Of a stretch of DNA of 64,000 nucleotides, positions 49,179 to 62,900 are shown piece after piece. The notes under the pieces are model-generated. The model saw nothing but the letters and a program-made list of their open reading frames with translations, was not told the DNA's origin and ran no database searches. The stretch spans positions 186,001 to 250,000 of the forward strand of contig JAPETS010000030.1 in NCBI GenBank assembly GCA_026023565.1. Direction: 5' to 3'. Each line of letters starts with the position of its first letter. The first letter of the stretch is position 1. The position numbers were made by a program, and so were the translations under genes. Source of the DNA: Cirrosporium novae-zelandiae (taxonomy: Eukaryota).

Positions 49179-49966
49179 TATCAAATAGTTTGCACAAGGT
49201 GTTTTGCACAGGTATTTTATCCTACTAGGTAACCAGCAGCCCTAGCAAGCGATTCAGCCATGGAGTACAACTGAGGCTTATGAGGATAATATCATTTACT
49301 ACCGTTATGCATGTGTATGATCAGCTTAATGGCTAATTAATTATTAATTATAATAGCTTACACAGTAAATAAACCAAAATTTGGACATGGTTATAAGTTC
49401 CTACTTGGTAAACACCTACCTTGGTACTTTCTCATAGGTTAATAGTCAAAATTACTCCAGGTCGGCGGTGAGACAATTAACTGGTTCGGATGGTCCCCTC
49501 AAGCTCCACTTCAACTGACGTGGTCTAGAAAGGCTGGGGAGCTAAAGAACCCTGGAGCCCTGCCCTGGATGGCGGCCCTGAAGTCCTGGAGCCTTCAGAA
49601 CCGTCTGAGCTTCAAAAAGTCGAACAAAGAGTAGATTAACTACCTCACTATGCTTTCAGATCCTATTAATGCCGACAATAAAAATTCATCTGCAACCGGT
49701 ATAGAGCATTCTCAAATAATGAAAAACTTCTACATTCTCCTATGATAATTCTCGAGCTCTCTGGTCATCACCAATTTTCGATTCCTCAACCGTCTTTCAG
49801 TGCCTAATAACCAACAACTTCAATCGTTACATTTCCTCCACGTCTTAAATCCCTTTGCGCGTCGATATTCCATTCAAGCTTATTCCTTTTTCTTTATTCA
49901 GCCTTCCTATACACTATTTTGGCATTCTCAAGAAAAAATTCACGTCATCAACAATTAAGAATCATC

Positions 49967-51268
49967 ATGGCCTATTTTGCAGCTCTTCGCCAGTCATTTT
50001 CGGCCTATTTCAGTCCTATAAAGAAGCCAAAGCAGAGATCAACGAGCCCAAAGACAACCTCTCGTCCACTCTGTGATCAGCTTGACCGGAGGTCAATGAC
50101 TCCTGGAACTCGAACCTCAACTTGGCTTTCACGACTCACTCCATGCGACTCTACGAAGTCTCCTTCTCTTCGAGGTGTCAAAGGTTCGAAGATCGGCAAG
50201 ACTCCAATGAAAAAGGCGGTCCGTAAGCCCCTAACACCGAGAGAGCTGGAAGATGATTCGGAGGACCCTGATGCTACTTTGGTGGATGAAGAAATCGACA
50301 TTGAGGGGGATACAACGCTGGTAGATGATGGCCCAACTATGAAGAATAAGATTCCTGGGGAGTGGGAGTGGACCGAAGAAGATGAAGCAGAGTGGTTTCA
50401 AGAACAACAAGAGCGTCTCAAGAATAAAATTGCTGAACGTCAAGGGAGGGTCAGAGACTCCATTCTTCCAAATCAAGATCGATCAGAACGAGAACACTTC
50501 CTACGTGAAAAGATCCGATTGCGAGGCTTCGAACCACTACTCCCAAACAACTGGATCCTAGATTTTCCAACCTATCCTCTCTCCTTGTTCGCTGAGCCCA
50601 AAGACTATACCACACCTTTCATCAAGGCTCTCAACCCTAACAAGGAATTTCGAGGTACGTTTTACGATCTAAAAATTTATATATCCCATTTCCTTTTGTC
50701 TTTTAAATATGCGGTCTAACTGAGTTTCTATACAGCAATTAAAGCCCTCGATGACCTGGCCACTCTCGGTACCCGTGCTCGCGACAAACTTCTTCAAGGG
50801 CAGTCTGCGACTCACACCATATACCGCGGTCTAAAAGCTTATCTGAAGTGGGCTTTTGAAGATGCAAACCTTAGTACTAAATCTTTTAACGGCATACATA
50901 CCATAATCGAAGCTACCACAGGCGAGCCAGCTCACACTATAGTGAAGAAAACCACCGATGAGCTTATTTTCCTACGTTCAACATATTGGAGCAATGAAGA
51001 TGAGGATACTCTATCTGATCTCCCATCTCCAACCTTCTATGGTATCATTGTCACTCATACACTCCTTTACATTGTTACCTTACCGCCCGATGCTCCTGAA
51101 ATAGATGCTGAGGTTAATTCCATCGGTTTGTTCGACTTTAAGACGTCTGGCGCCGATGTGTGGAATGCTCTTGGTTTCGCGATTACCATTATGTGTATTC
51201 GAAATGACGTGTTGGCCACAGGACATGTCAAAGAATACGCAGATTCCACAGATGATGTTGACGCGTAA
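49967..51268 (+). CDS. Hypothetical protein (intron 50655-50736)
   Basis: S/T-P-rich and acidic N-half; globular part RGFEPLLPNNWILDFPTYPLSLF...PTFYGIIVTHT..FDFKTSGADVWNALGFAITIMCIRN; canonical intron. Confidence 0.75.
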
Positions 51269-52111
51269 ATAAGAAATAATGGAATACCTGCAAGATGTGT
51301 CTCCATGGACTGTCGTAGCAATGGATATGATGATTATGATGACGAAGCGTGCACGAAGATAGGTCCATGTTTATTGAAACCCAAGTCTGCCCTATGATAA
51401 TTATGCTTGCGTGTCTATATACCTTTTCGCAAGCAAGAATACAGTGACAACATTGGTTCAACGTTCTTTTCAACTGTATATGATGAATGGAGTTAGTTTC
51501 TGGTTAAGGAAGATAGCGATGGAATACTTCACTTGGTTAACAAAATGGGTGACGGATACCTAGATGAAGGACCAGGAGCAGGTGAAATAGGTGAAGGACT
51601 CATTACTGTTCTAAGCTAATCCGAAGTGTGTGTTGACAGCGTTGGTTCAATCCTATATCCCGATATAAACAGCACAATACTAAGTGCTCATAAATGAAAA
51701 AGATAATTTTATTCTTCATTTAGAGTGCTGTGGGGATATGTAATTAATGAATGTGGCTCAACCATGAACCATGGGTAGGAGCGGAATATGACGTCAAAGT
51801 GTGGCAGTGCGTTGTGGGATTCCGGCTGAAGTTTGGGACTCTCGGACTTTAGGTATCCATGTCCAGCTGAAAATAAGTACTAATTCTCTTATCCACCTAT
51901 CCTCTGTCCTTATCCTATTACTTCTTTTGATACCCCAGCACTTGTCCGTAAATTCTTCTCGCTGTTGAGGCACTGGCAACTGCTTAACATCATAATCGCA
52001 TTCTGTCAGCACTAGGCGAACGAGATCACTTCCAAACCACAACATATAACCAACTACCCCTCCTTCAATACTTGGATACGGACAAATTATTTTGATACTG
52101 CCATCACTAAC

Positions 52112-54815
52112 ATGGCCCTACACTTCTCCCCTCTCACTATCGTCCTTCTTTTCTGTATCGTCCTTGTTGTCCTGCCCTCACCTGCTCATGCGTTTGGTGC
52201 TGGAAGTAAGTTGATCTCTACCTCAATACCATGTTGAAATTCCATGCTAATCGTTCCTAGATATCGCATCAATCTCCAAAATTGAAGGACATAACTGGAG
52301 ACATGGAGATATTGAAGATATGCTTAAAACTGTGGCCTGTATCAAAGGCCACAAATGGACGGCTATGATGGTTAAACGCACTTACTTTGGGAATTGGTTG
52401 AGAGACTAGTATGTACATCCTAGACGCAATTATTTCTTTACGAAACCTCGACTTACAGACCTTAGTTCCCAAGCTGTCGACGTTGGAACCCTTAAAGGCG
52501 TCCAGGCGGATACAATCCGTGTCCTCGTCTGGATCCTCTCATTCCTCAGTTTTGGTTACGCCACTGCGGAATTCGAAGTCACCAGCGAACGTCTCGGCGT
52601 TTATAGACCCGAAGAACATATTGATAACCCAAAAGACTACGCCGACAATCTTGATGCTCGTCAATTTGACCAACGCCTCCGTGGCCCTGTAGAGCAAATC
52701 GAACTTCAGATTGATCCTCAAACAGGGATGAAGAACTATATCGCCAACGAAAACGGGGGATGGTCCACTAGTGCGGCGTATATTAGGTATAGTTTTGGAA
52801 GGAGTATTCATTATGGACGCATGTATTGCAAGGGGGTGGGAGGGCCTAAAGGCCGTGAGGAAGACCTCAGCGAAGCCCTTCGTTGCCTTGGTCAAGGTCT
52901 TCACTGTCTCGAGGATTTTGGTGCCCATACAAATTACACAGAACTAGCGCTTCGCGAAATGGGTTTCCACAACGTCTTCACACACACTGGTATTGCTACT
53001 GAAATCAACCTCAACAGTAAACGAGTGTTTCCACTTGTCACGGGAACATTTGGCGGCGTCGACTTTTTACACTCGGTGCTAGGAGAAGCAAATGACCACT
53101 TTGCGCAGACGGAAGTTGACGAGATGGATACTGCACTAGGTGATGCACAAGTACAATCAAAACGCTCTGGTGGCGATAGTTCAACCCGCAGTCTTGGTGG
53201 CTCTTCTTCTGGCTCCCAATGTGCATTCCTCACAAGCATGCTTTCTAAAGTCCCCGGTGCAGGTGACCTATGTCGCGAAGCAGAAAAACTCCAAGCCGAG
53301 TCCGATGCACAAGAACATGCCCATTCGTCCCGGGGTTTAGGGGGGCCAGAATATGGATCGTCAGATCCATATTCCACCACCCGTGCCGGGCCAGGCCAGC
53401 AGCAAACACCCTATTTCGCTGCGCCTCCAGGTCAACAAGGCGGTCCTCCCGGCCCTGGAATTCCAGGGATGGATCCGTCCATGGACCCCGTAGCCATATC
53501 CAAGAAAATCTACCCGATTCTCGAGTTCCGAGACAAGGTTGTCAAGCGTATATCGGCCGTTATCGAAAAAATACCAGGCCTTTCCGCCCTAGTAGATAAG
53601 ATCACCGAGACCCTCACGCTCTTCGTTCTCAGCTTACTGGCCCCCTTCATCCGTCCCATCATCACTGCCGTCTCCAACCAACTGAAGACAGGAAGTTCCG
53701 CCGTCATCGACGCTTCTGGAAAACACCAATATGAGCCCTGGACGGATCCAAACTGCACCGATCCTACCCACTCTCTTCTCTCCAAAGATCACTTCAGCAA
53801 CATCCTTAACCCACCCGCAGGCCAAATCGCCGCGACCATCCTCAAACACAGCGCGCCATTGGTGCTAGAAGCGTGGCAGCATCCAGACCAGCCAGAGGAC
53901 CAGGTCTTCCATGAAATATTGCAAGCATTCCATCACCCAGCAGCGCGGAACCCCCACAGCAGAATCCAAAGCGAAATGTTCAACACCGTCGACAAATGGG
54001 TGAAAACCCTTCCAGACCACGGCCAAAGCTTAAACAGCATCCTTTCAAGCGAAAGCGTCCGCGCAGGGAAGAACCACAAAGCCGACCTCAACGAAGCCGG
54101 AGGCGGGCACGGCCATGGCCATGGCCATGGTGGTGGTCAATCCCAACAAACCTCCACCCAGCACAACTACGGCTCCTTCGCCAACTCCGTCCTCGGCAAG
54201 CTCGGCGTCTCTAACCCTCTTCCCGACCCGAGTAAACTCACCTCCCACATCCCCGGCGTCGGAAGCGGATCCTCCGCCGCAAACCCTACCTCCAAACTCT
54301 TTAGCCTACGTCCGCAGGGCTTCACCCGCGACACCATGGACGAAACCGCCGATACGATTCAGGGTGCTTATCCGGGGACCGCAGCCGCCCACGATAATCA
54401 AATGCAGGGGCCATATCCACCAGCCGTAGGCGATCCATACTCTACTCAAACTCAAGGCACCACATCATATGCAGGACAGCAACAGCAACCAGAAAGCTGC
54501 ACTGGCGGTTACGACACTTACACCCAACAGCAACAGCAATACCAACAACCCTACGATTACTCACAACCACCCCCATCAGACCCGTATGCTAATACAGGAG
54601 GATATGGACAACCGCCACCACCACCCCCACAAGGCGATTATTATTCCCAGCCACAAGAATCTTACGATTCCAATGAACCCCAAGGTAGCTGGGCGAACCT
54701 TCCTGGTGGTCCTCCGCCACCACCTGGACCGCCCGGCCAGTGGGATCCTAATGCGCCACCTCCGCCTCCATCTGGCGGATATGGGTATGATTATCAAGGA
54801 GGGCCGAGGTATTAA
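52112..54815 (+). CDS. HET-C family protein (het-c/TinC-like) with signal peptide and G/Q/P/Y-rich tail (introns 52206-52260, 52410-52465)
   Basis: Spliced AHAFGAGN|IASISKIEGHNWRHGDIED..YFGNWLRDY|SQAVDVG; YRPEEHIDNPKDY; LGQGLHCLEDFGAHTNY; DPTHSLLSKDHFSNILN. Confidence 0.93.
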
Positions 54816-55802
54816 GGAGGTCTAGTTAAGGGAATGAACGCAACGGAATGGAATGGGTGTTTATGACTGGATGTCAATAAGGATGAATGGATTGTGCTTT
54901 TTTGCTAAGGAGGAAAGATGGCTATTTGGGATATGGACGGCAGGCAGATAGGTAGGCGGGCTGGTAAACTAGTTGGCGATATCTTATCTTAATCCTAAGA
55001 TCCCAACGTTCATTCCCCCGAGGAGATATCAATAATAATTAACTACTACAATAAATCAAGATTCATTCAAGGCCTTTTTTGGTATGATGACTTTACTTTA
55101 CTGCTTCGTGAGGCAATAAGTAGAGTTGGGGTTTTCTGAATTTATATTATTGAATGAATGAATGGATGCATAGGACCTGAAAGTTATATATTTTGTCATC
55201 TTCACAACCATCTTTTTTAAGGGTTAATTATGTATCACCGGAGAATTTTAGGTGAGAAACGAAGGATATGTTGTCGTTGATGGTGATTTGGCATCGTTTA
55301 GCTAGGGAGTTTAGGTACCGCATGCAATAGGCGACAAGAGTAAGAGACAAGAAAATATGGATGGATGGATGAGATGGTAATAGAGAGGGTGATGGAAAAG
55401 AAATTATATGCATGGAAGAGGGAAGAAAATAGTTACACATATTGCCCAAAATGGCATTGTCCTTGGTTCTTGAACGAATAGACATCGAAGTCTTGGAGGT
55501 AGGAAGTTTGTGTTAGCTTGAATATTAAACAGAAAAAGTCTGATGAACATAGTGAGACCAACCAATTTCATTGAAGCTCTAGCCTCGTAATGACATCCGT
55601 AATTCATCCCTAGTCGATATATGTACGTATGGGGTTTGTGACTCGTGCCTCATGAGCACCATATTGTCCGAGAGTCCTTCCCTGTATTTCATGTCATTGA
55701 TAATGCATAAGTGATATTTCTCCCTTTCATCCCTTCGAATCGATGGTCACTCCAACAGAACCGTATCTAGAAAGCCATGGTTCATGCACGGCACTCGTTC
55801 CT

Positions 55803-56378
55803 CTAGTAGCGGTACCTAGTGGAGTAGTCCTTAGGACTCACGACCAGACCACGACCTTTCTTGGCACCTCGGTAGATGGTCTCGATAATATCAATCAGTT
55901 CCTGCTTATCTTCCAGCACCCAATTTAACTTGTTGTTGTTACCAGTCCCGAAATCGCACATCATGTGTTTGTTCCTGAAAAAGAACATGATGGTCATGGG
56001 GTCGTAGAGTTCATACCTATCATTTACAACAAAAGTTAGTATTTCGATTTACAAGAGTGAAATATTAAGAGGGGCTTGGAGGTGGGAGTTACTCACATCT
56101 GCTTGAAATCCGGAACCTGATCTAAATCGCAGACGTAGATGACAGCGAAATTCTTGACACGATCAGCAATTCGATACAGGACTTCGTCTTGCCGCATGCA
56201 ATCAGGATCCCTAAATTACAGTTAGCTAGACAATTCTCTTAAGCAAGTAAAAAGAACGAAAGTAAGAATCATACCAATCACGACCAAAACGAATAATGAC
56301 TAGGCGATCTTCTTCAGTAAGGATGCATTGATCCACATGCCATCCAGTAACAAGATGAGGAAGAACGACAGAACCCAT
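55803..56378 (-). CDS. DIB1: U5 snRNP thioredoxin-like protein Dib1/Dim1 (2 introns)
   Basis: MGSVVLPHLVTGWHVDQ..IRFGRDW|DPDCMRQDEVL..VPDFKQM|YELYDP..FFFRNKHMMCDFGTGNNNKL..KGRGLVVSPKDYSTRYRY. Confidence 0.96.
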
Positions 56379-56977
56379 GTTAAAAGGTTGATTTTAGGGT
56401 AGTAATGAAGCTGTGGGGTAACGGTGGAGATCAGTTTAAATGGATGTATTGGTAGTGTGTTGGCGAGGATGCTTTTTCTATGAGAAGAATGAATATTAGA
56501 GAGGATTATCTAGCAGTTGTAGTATTGTTTTTTATTGAGGATGATGTTAACAGTTATAACAATGTTTTGGGGTTGCGAAAGAGAGTTGATGAATTGATGT
56601 ACTGAAGAGGAAATGGAATCTGGATATGGGCATGGATATTTGAGGCAGCCTGGAACTTTCCACTGTTGAGCCACAGCGCCACACCTTGAGACCTTATTCA
56701 TAATCCTTGTCGCCTATCACTTGCAATCTTTGCAGAAGTTTGCTGAGTTTGTTTCCATTGGGCTGAAGGGAAAAAAATGTACCCCTCCATGACCCTCCAT
56801 CCAGGCCAATTAACCCCACTAGTACTGATATTATTTTTCTCATTTTTTAATTATTTATTCCCTCTTCTACCTCCCCTCAGCCCACCGTCATCTGAATCCT
56901 TGTTCCAATACTCTCGCTGCCTTCTCCTCCTTAAATACATCCATCCTCAACTTCCAAGAATCAAAAAACTTTCAAAA

Positions 56978-58087
56978 ATGTCCAACCTCGAAAAAGTTGC
57001 GCCAACCAAAAAACGCTCCCCCATCCCTGCATTGAAAGATGCCCTAGCATGCGAGTCCATCCCTCTTGCAACTCGCTTTCGCGCCTTATTCTCTCTCAAA
57101 TTTATTGCCTCCCAAAAGCCCCCCACTTCTGAAGCGCTTGAAGCCATCAAGGCCATTGCCAACGCCTTCAGTGCCAAGTCCGCCCTCCTCAAACACGAGC
57201 TTGCTTACTGCCTTGGCCAAACTCGCAATTGGGATGCCGTGCCCTTCTTGACAGCTAGGATTGAGGATCCCAAGGAGGAGGTCATTGTAAAGCATGAGGC
57301 CGCCGAGGCGTTGGGTGCATTAGGACATATTGGAAGTTTGGAGTTGTTGAAAAAATATAGAGACGATCCTAATGTGCATATTGCCGTTAGAGAGACCTGT
57401 GAGCTGGCTGTGGATAGGATTGAGTGGGAGGCGAGTGACAGGAGTAAGACAGAAACGATACATGAAAGGTATGAATATACCACTTTCTGTACAATTCTAC
57501 GCGCCCGAGGTAAGGTCGCATTTGAAATGCTAATAGATTATAACAGCGATTTCGGCTCCACTGATCCCGCTCCCGCTCTCCCTGATGACCTTGCCCACCG
57601 ATCAATCGACCAACTAGAAGCCGATCTCCTAAACCCTAAACTATCTCTCTTCGTGCGTTACAGAACCATGTTTGCCCTTCGCGAACTTGCCTCGCCGCCT
57701 GATATTCCTACTGCTCCAAGAGCCATCAAGGCCCTAGCAGCTGGTTTCAAAGACAAATCTGCATTGTTCAAGCACGAAGTAGCGTTTGTTTTTGGTCAAT
57801 TGTCGCATCCTGATGCTATTCCTACTTTGGTTGCGGTTTTGAAGGATCCAAGCGAGGCAGATATGGTACGCCACGAAGCTGCCGAAGCCTTAGGTAGTCT
57901 GGGTGATAACGAGGGCGTCGAAGATGTTCTCAAGCAATTCATTAATGACCCCGAGGACGTGGTGAGGGAGAGTTGTATTGTGGCTTTGGATATGGCAGAA
58001 TTTGAGAAGAGTGGCGAATTTGATTATACAGATATCCCTCAAGTCGAGATTGAACATACCCCTGCCGTTGCTGCGGCCACCGCTTAA
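56978..58087 (+). CDS. LIA1: Deoxyhypusine hydroxylase (HEAT-like repeats; intron 57469-57546)
   Basis: Four HE motifs (LLKHELAYCLGQ, VKHEAAEALG, FKHEVAFVFGQ, VRHEAAEALG); RFRALFSL; SDFGSTDPAP. Confidence 0.95.
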   Translation: MSNLEKVAPTKKRSPIPALKDALACESIPLATRFRALFSLKFIASQKPPTSEALEAIKAIANAFSAKSALLKHELAYCLGQTRNWDAVPFLTARIEDPKEEVIVKHEAAEALGALGHIGSLELLKKYRDDPNVHIAVRETCELAVDRIEWEASDRSKTETIHERYEYTTFCTILRARGKVAFEMLIDYNSDFGSTDPAPALPDDLAHRSIDQLEADLLNPKLSLFVRYRTMFALRELASPPDIPTAPRAIKALAAGFKDKSALFKHEVAFVFGQLSHPDAIPTLVAVLKDPSEADMVRHEAAEALGSLGDNEGVEDVLKQFINDPEDVVRESCIVALDMAEFEKSGEFDYTDIPQVEIEHTPAVAAATA

Positions 58088-58669
58088 GTTTAAAGTGGTG
58101 GTTTGAGAGCCGGTTAATGAGTTTTTTGAATGAAAAGAGATTCCTGCTTCGAATAGACAAGGTTTAATGGTCTCAACTCGGTTGAATGTATACTAGAAAC
58201 CTCTTCTTCTTTGAAATGTTACTTTTATCCCTTCTTGGTCTATCGCAAACGACATCCTTGGGACAATAGAGAATGTCGCACTTTCCAGGTGATAACTCGC
58301 CTGTGGTAACAGCAAGTAGTCTCCTAACCATCATTACTATCAAGTAGTACAGTACCCCGTTCAAGGAACGAATCACAGACCATGTCTAGCACAGCAAGTC
58401 CACCATAATTGATATCATGTCCGTCATCTGCCAATGCCCATGATTACAATCTCTTCACCCATGGCCGCCATTTAAAACATCTATTAAATAATCCCCAATC
58501 ATACTCTCCCTCCATATAATTACATTGGGTGAATTTCTTACTCCTAGAAAATGAATATAAATAGCATTCCCTTGGTTTCCGAAATCCAATAATGGGTGGT
58601 GCAATCTCAGGAAAAAAATGTCCGTAGTAATGCAAATATGGTTATTATTATTATTATTAGAAGAAGACC

Positions 58670-59276
58670 CTAGTTATTCTCGTTATATCTAGGAATAATG
58701 TTAGCAAAAATTTTTATTGCCCCCCCCAAAAGGCAACATGGGCCAGTTAATAATATTTTAGAAACTTACGTATACCCGCAATCGCATACATAAAAGACCG
58801 TAGATCCTTCATCAGCACTTCTCAATTGCTGAGTATAGTAGCGCATTTCGGGACTACCACATTCAGGACAAGTCTGCTTGATCCTAGCTGTTGTTTGAGC
58901 TTCGTTTGCCGTTGTTGTCTGAACCGCAGATCGCTTTGCGCGCAGGGACGAAGGGAAAGCACTTGGTTTGGATTTGGAGATAATAGTTTTAGAAGATGTG
59001 TCTTTTTTGAGAGAAGGCATGTTAGCTTGGAAGGGGGGGCACATGATATATGACTTGTAAGAAGATATATATATATCCGGCTTGCTGAAGCGACAAATGA
59101 AGAAGAAAACGCTAGAGAATTTTTTTCATCACAAGTATATATATGAAAGGGACCAGCTAACCTTCATTTCTTTGCCCACAGGTATTGCAAACAAGTATGC
59201 TTTGGTTGCTGGTAGATGAACCGTCCAGAAGATTGCCGCAATCAGTGCAGAATACTAGAGAGCCGATGGCAGACAT
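58670..59276 (-). CDS. RPA12: RNA polymerase I subunit A12.2 (3 exons)
   Basis: MSAIGSLVFCTDCGNLL zinc ribbon; FPSSLRAKRS; TFIIS-like CPECG..QLRSADEGSTVFYVC; last exon YNENN*. Confidence 0.95.
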
Positions 59277-59941
59277 TGTGATGTTTGTTGTAGCAAGAAA
59301 AGTGCTATTTTTGTATTTTCCGGTGTTTGGTCAAAGATTTTATGAAAGCTATCTAATAAGGTCTGTAGGTCGTGCATAACTGGTTAATGAGAGCTTCTGG
59401 TAGGGCTTAGCGCCCGCATCTTTATTTTAATGACTTTATAACCTACTCGAGTACTATGTATTATTCATGATAAACTTATTTCCACGATACTCAGGAAAGT
59501 TACAATAATCAGTTGATTAGCCATCTAAGATTTCAAGCAAGATGGACGAGCATGGGTTAAGAAAATTACCTCAGTCTCTTTGCTATATATTCATAGATTC
59601 TCTTTCCGCATTAAAACCCTTGCAAGTTTCCATTCTACAATGGGCTAGGATTAAAGCTAACTGTGGTCTAGTGAAGAGATGAAAATCTTGTTGGAAAAGG
59701 TGGTGAATCTACCTTCTGCTACTCGATAAAATACTATAAACCAAGCTTGGTTAAAAGTATATCATGGTTTCCTGGGGATTATGAGATCCAGTGTAGAAGA
59801 ATCTCTTCATGAGTAGTGGTGTGAATAGACTAGACCGACCGATCACACCTACCTCCTCAGTCTGGTAAGTCTATCAAAACCCAAGGCTTGTTCTAGGACA
59901 ACTAGCTGCGTGCCAGTGTGTCAGATTGACGCTCCCAGAAA

Positions 59942-62900
59942 TTACATTTCCTCATCACCACGCGACCTCTTATTTCTGGAACCAATAGAGAATAACTTAA
60001 AGAAACCCAAGGCTGAACCGGGAACTTGGTTCCTTCCATTTTTTTCTTGTTCATGGATTTCTCCTGTATCACTGCTTTTCTTTGTGTCCTTTGAATTTTC
60101 CTCATTATGTGTTATTTCGGGGGATTCTCTTTCCTCAGCTTGACTCGATGATGATTGTTGTAGTGGCTGAGAAGGTGTCAATGCTCCTGAAAGAACTCCG
60201 CCCTGGGCGATACTGTGATGGCTGCCATTCTCCGTGCCACTTGCCTGCTCTCGTATCGATTTCATTAATCGTAAAGGAAGGAGTCTTCTTATAGTACAAA
60301 TGCGACGAATATACGCCTGTTCCTGATTTGATCCGGAGACTCGATCAACGGAATTTGACTGGCCCAGCCGAGTTGACGCGGCCCGTGAGGGCGGTTCAAT
60401 GTCGCCATTCCAAAGCCTTATAATGATATCTCGGAAATTCAAAGCAAGGAACCAGAAGATATAACCGATAAGGTATACTGGTACCATGAGAGCGCCAAGG
60501 AGGACGTTAGCCACCATACATGCCAAAATCGAATAGCTACCGTCGCCATGGGCTAGACCTTTAATGGCAAGATACGCATCTGCAATGCATCCAGCGGGGA
60601 GCGTAATGGAGCAATGGTAGATTAAGAATAGCAAATACCACCATTTATTGTATAATTCTTCTAGTTAGTCTCCTGCTTGTGTTCGTCGTATATTTTTGGC
60701 TCGTGAAACCTGGTCTAGTTTTTGAGCTATCACATTCCAATTCCGATCAGCTTGGCTCAACATAATTTTCTGTATTCGTTTAAAGGGCGGATTTGCTGCG
60801 TTGTGCGCAAAAAGCTTCAAGGTCTTGATGTTGAACAGGATGAGTATAGTCACGGACAACGCAATGGCTGTCGTCACAATGAAGGTAACAAGAGTTGAAC
60901 TGGCTCTTACTAAAAAGTTAGATATCAATACAATCACAATGGGGCGGAGGGAAGCATCTCTTACGGTGAACCAGCCATGCTGAAGAGACTCTACGAGAGG
61001 TATTAGTAGAAATATGAGTAGACAGATACCACATACCGAAGAAAAGCTCAAAGGTAAGAACACTACTGTTGCACATCTGAAGCCTGTTAATAGTACAATC
61101 ATTCTGAAATATGTTACGGCTCATACGTGAAAAGTTTGACGTCCTCGGCCTGCTTTGTTGCTTCGATAGCCGACCTTCGAGATTCTTTCGATTCTCTCAA
61201 TGACAGAATACTCATTAACTGTATAATAATTAGTCGCTTAATTCTTGACATTTGGAGTGGTTGATGTGGTGCTTACCGCCTGTTTCAAAGAGTTTACACG
61301 CTCACTGTCTCTTGAAATTTGCGATTTGAGCTGTTCCAATCGCGTAATATTTGCCTGTCCAGACTTGTTCTCGACGTCCAGGATTTTCCTATAAGTGGAC
61401 TCATCGTTCTTTGACCATCTTGGTTTATCTACTACATTGAACCTATCCCTCCAGTCTTTTGTTGCTAGTAGAGTATTCTCGATGTTGTGATTTAGACGAG
61501 CGAGTAGCTTTGTAGACTGGAGATATATGCTTATCAATTCTGGTCCGCGCTCTTCGATCTTGTGAGATTGTTTGTCTTCGTCATGTTGAGTAAGAAACTC
61601 GTAGGTAGATGATTCCTAAATGTGTCAGTCTTTTCTAATAGGACTAAGAATACAAGTAAAACGTACGGAATTTTCTAGAACCTTGTTGAGCGCATCAAGA
61701 ATTTCTTTCGTGCTTTTGCAAACTTGGTTTGTCATTTTCGCAAATAGTCGTACTTCTAGGACCTGCCGCTGGCCGTAAAACTCGGGCGCTTTCTTAGTCT
61801 GACCTTGAGATTGCGTATTGTAGAATTCCTTCGCGTTGAACCACCCTGATGCATGAGTTTGAGACAATATAGTACACGTCCAGTAGCGGTCATGAGCATC
61901 ACCGACAAAGCGATAACCTACGGTTGCTTGTTGCCAGGACTCTATATTTCCAGAGGAATCTTGGGGAAATTTCTCTTTTTGATAGTCTCCTATCCACCCA
62001 TTTTTTATATCGACAGGAGTTGAGATTTGGTCGTCCTTAACGAGAGTAATGTATCCAATATGAAACTCTGTTACCCATATATTTGCATTTTTGTGGAGCT
62101 TGGATACGCTTTGTATTAGCTTCAATCGATACTATGGATTATATGTGTAACATACGTGATTTTTCATGAAATTTGGGCAGTCAGAGTGCCTTCTCAAGAA
62201 TCCAGACATCGATAGCCATTCTTCTCCCACGTTCCTATAAGAAGCCTTGCATAAAGTGACGGCGACACTTTGTGTACATCCTTCTACAAAGCTAGAGCGA
62301 TATATTAGCCATATTACTAAAAAATCAAATTTAAATGAACCGGGGTACTTGCCATAACTGTTTTTTACTTGTGCTTATTTCCCGTTGCCGAGTAATTCGT
62401 CGCTTTAGCAATTCAAAGTTAGAAGTGAGAAGACAGTCGGTCTGGCTCGAAGTTCTCGATTTTTTTTGACCAATATCAACTACGAAAGCTTCATTGAAAC
62501 GGTTCATTTCAACTTGGTCTGGCCTGCTGTCGCGTTGATTAAAAACAGGATTATCCCATAGCTCCTGTTCGAAATCCTCATCTTCGATGTTCTCAGGCGT
62601 CTTGAGAGGAAAATTTGGAAGTCCGAAAATTTGATACGGGCGATAATTCTCAACAAAATTTTTTAAATCTATCGAGCTAGTTAGCATCGTCTTCCGACCT
62701 GTCAACTTCCCTTTGCCATTCGGAACTTCTTCTTGGGCCATCCGGGTATTAGGCTCTGAGGGCCGAGCAGAAGTGAAAGGCCGTGCTTGTTTAGACGCAT
62801 CTGATTCCCAAGAGACCTCTAACGTAGTTTTAAAATGGTCCCTAGGGATGATTAGTCTTGAGCTAGTCTTAGCGACATAATCGAGCAGACTTACTTCGTA

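Noticed and set aside
56777..56977. 67-aa in-frame upstream extension of LIA1
   Set aside because: Translates a CT-rich promoter/5' UTR; ATG 56978 has a better context (caaaaATG) and precedes the recognisable domain.
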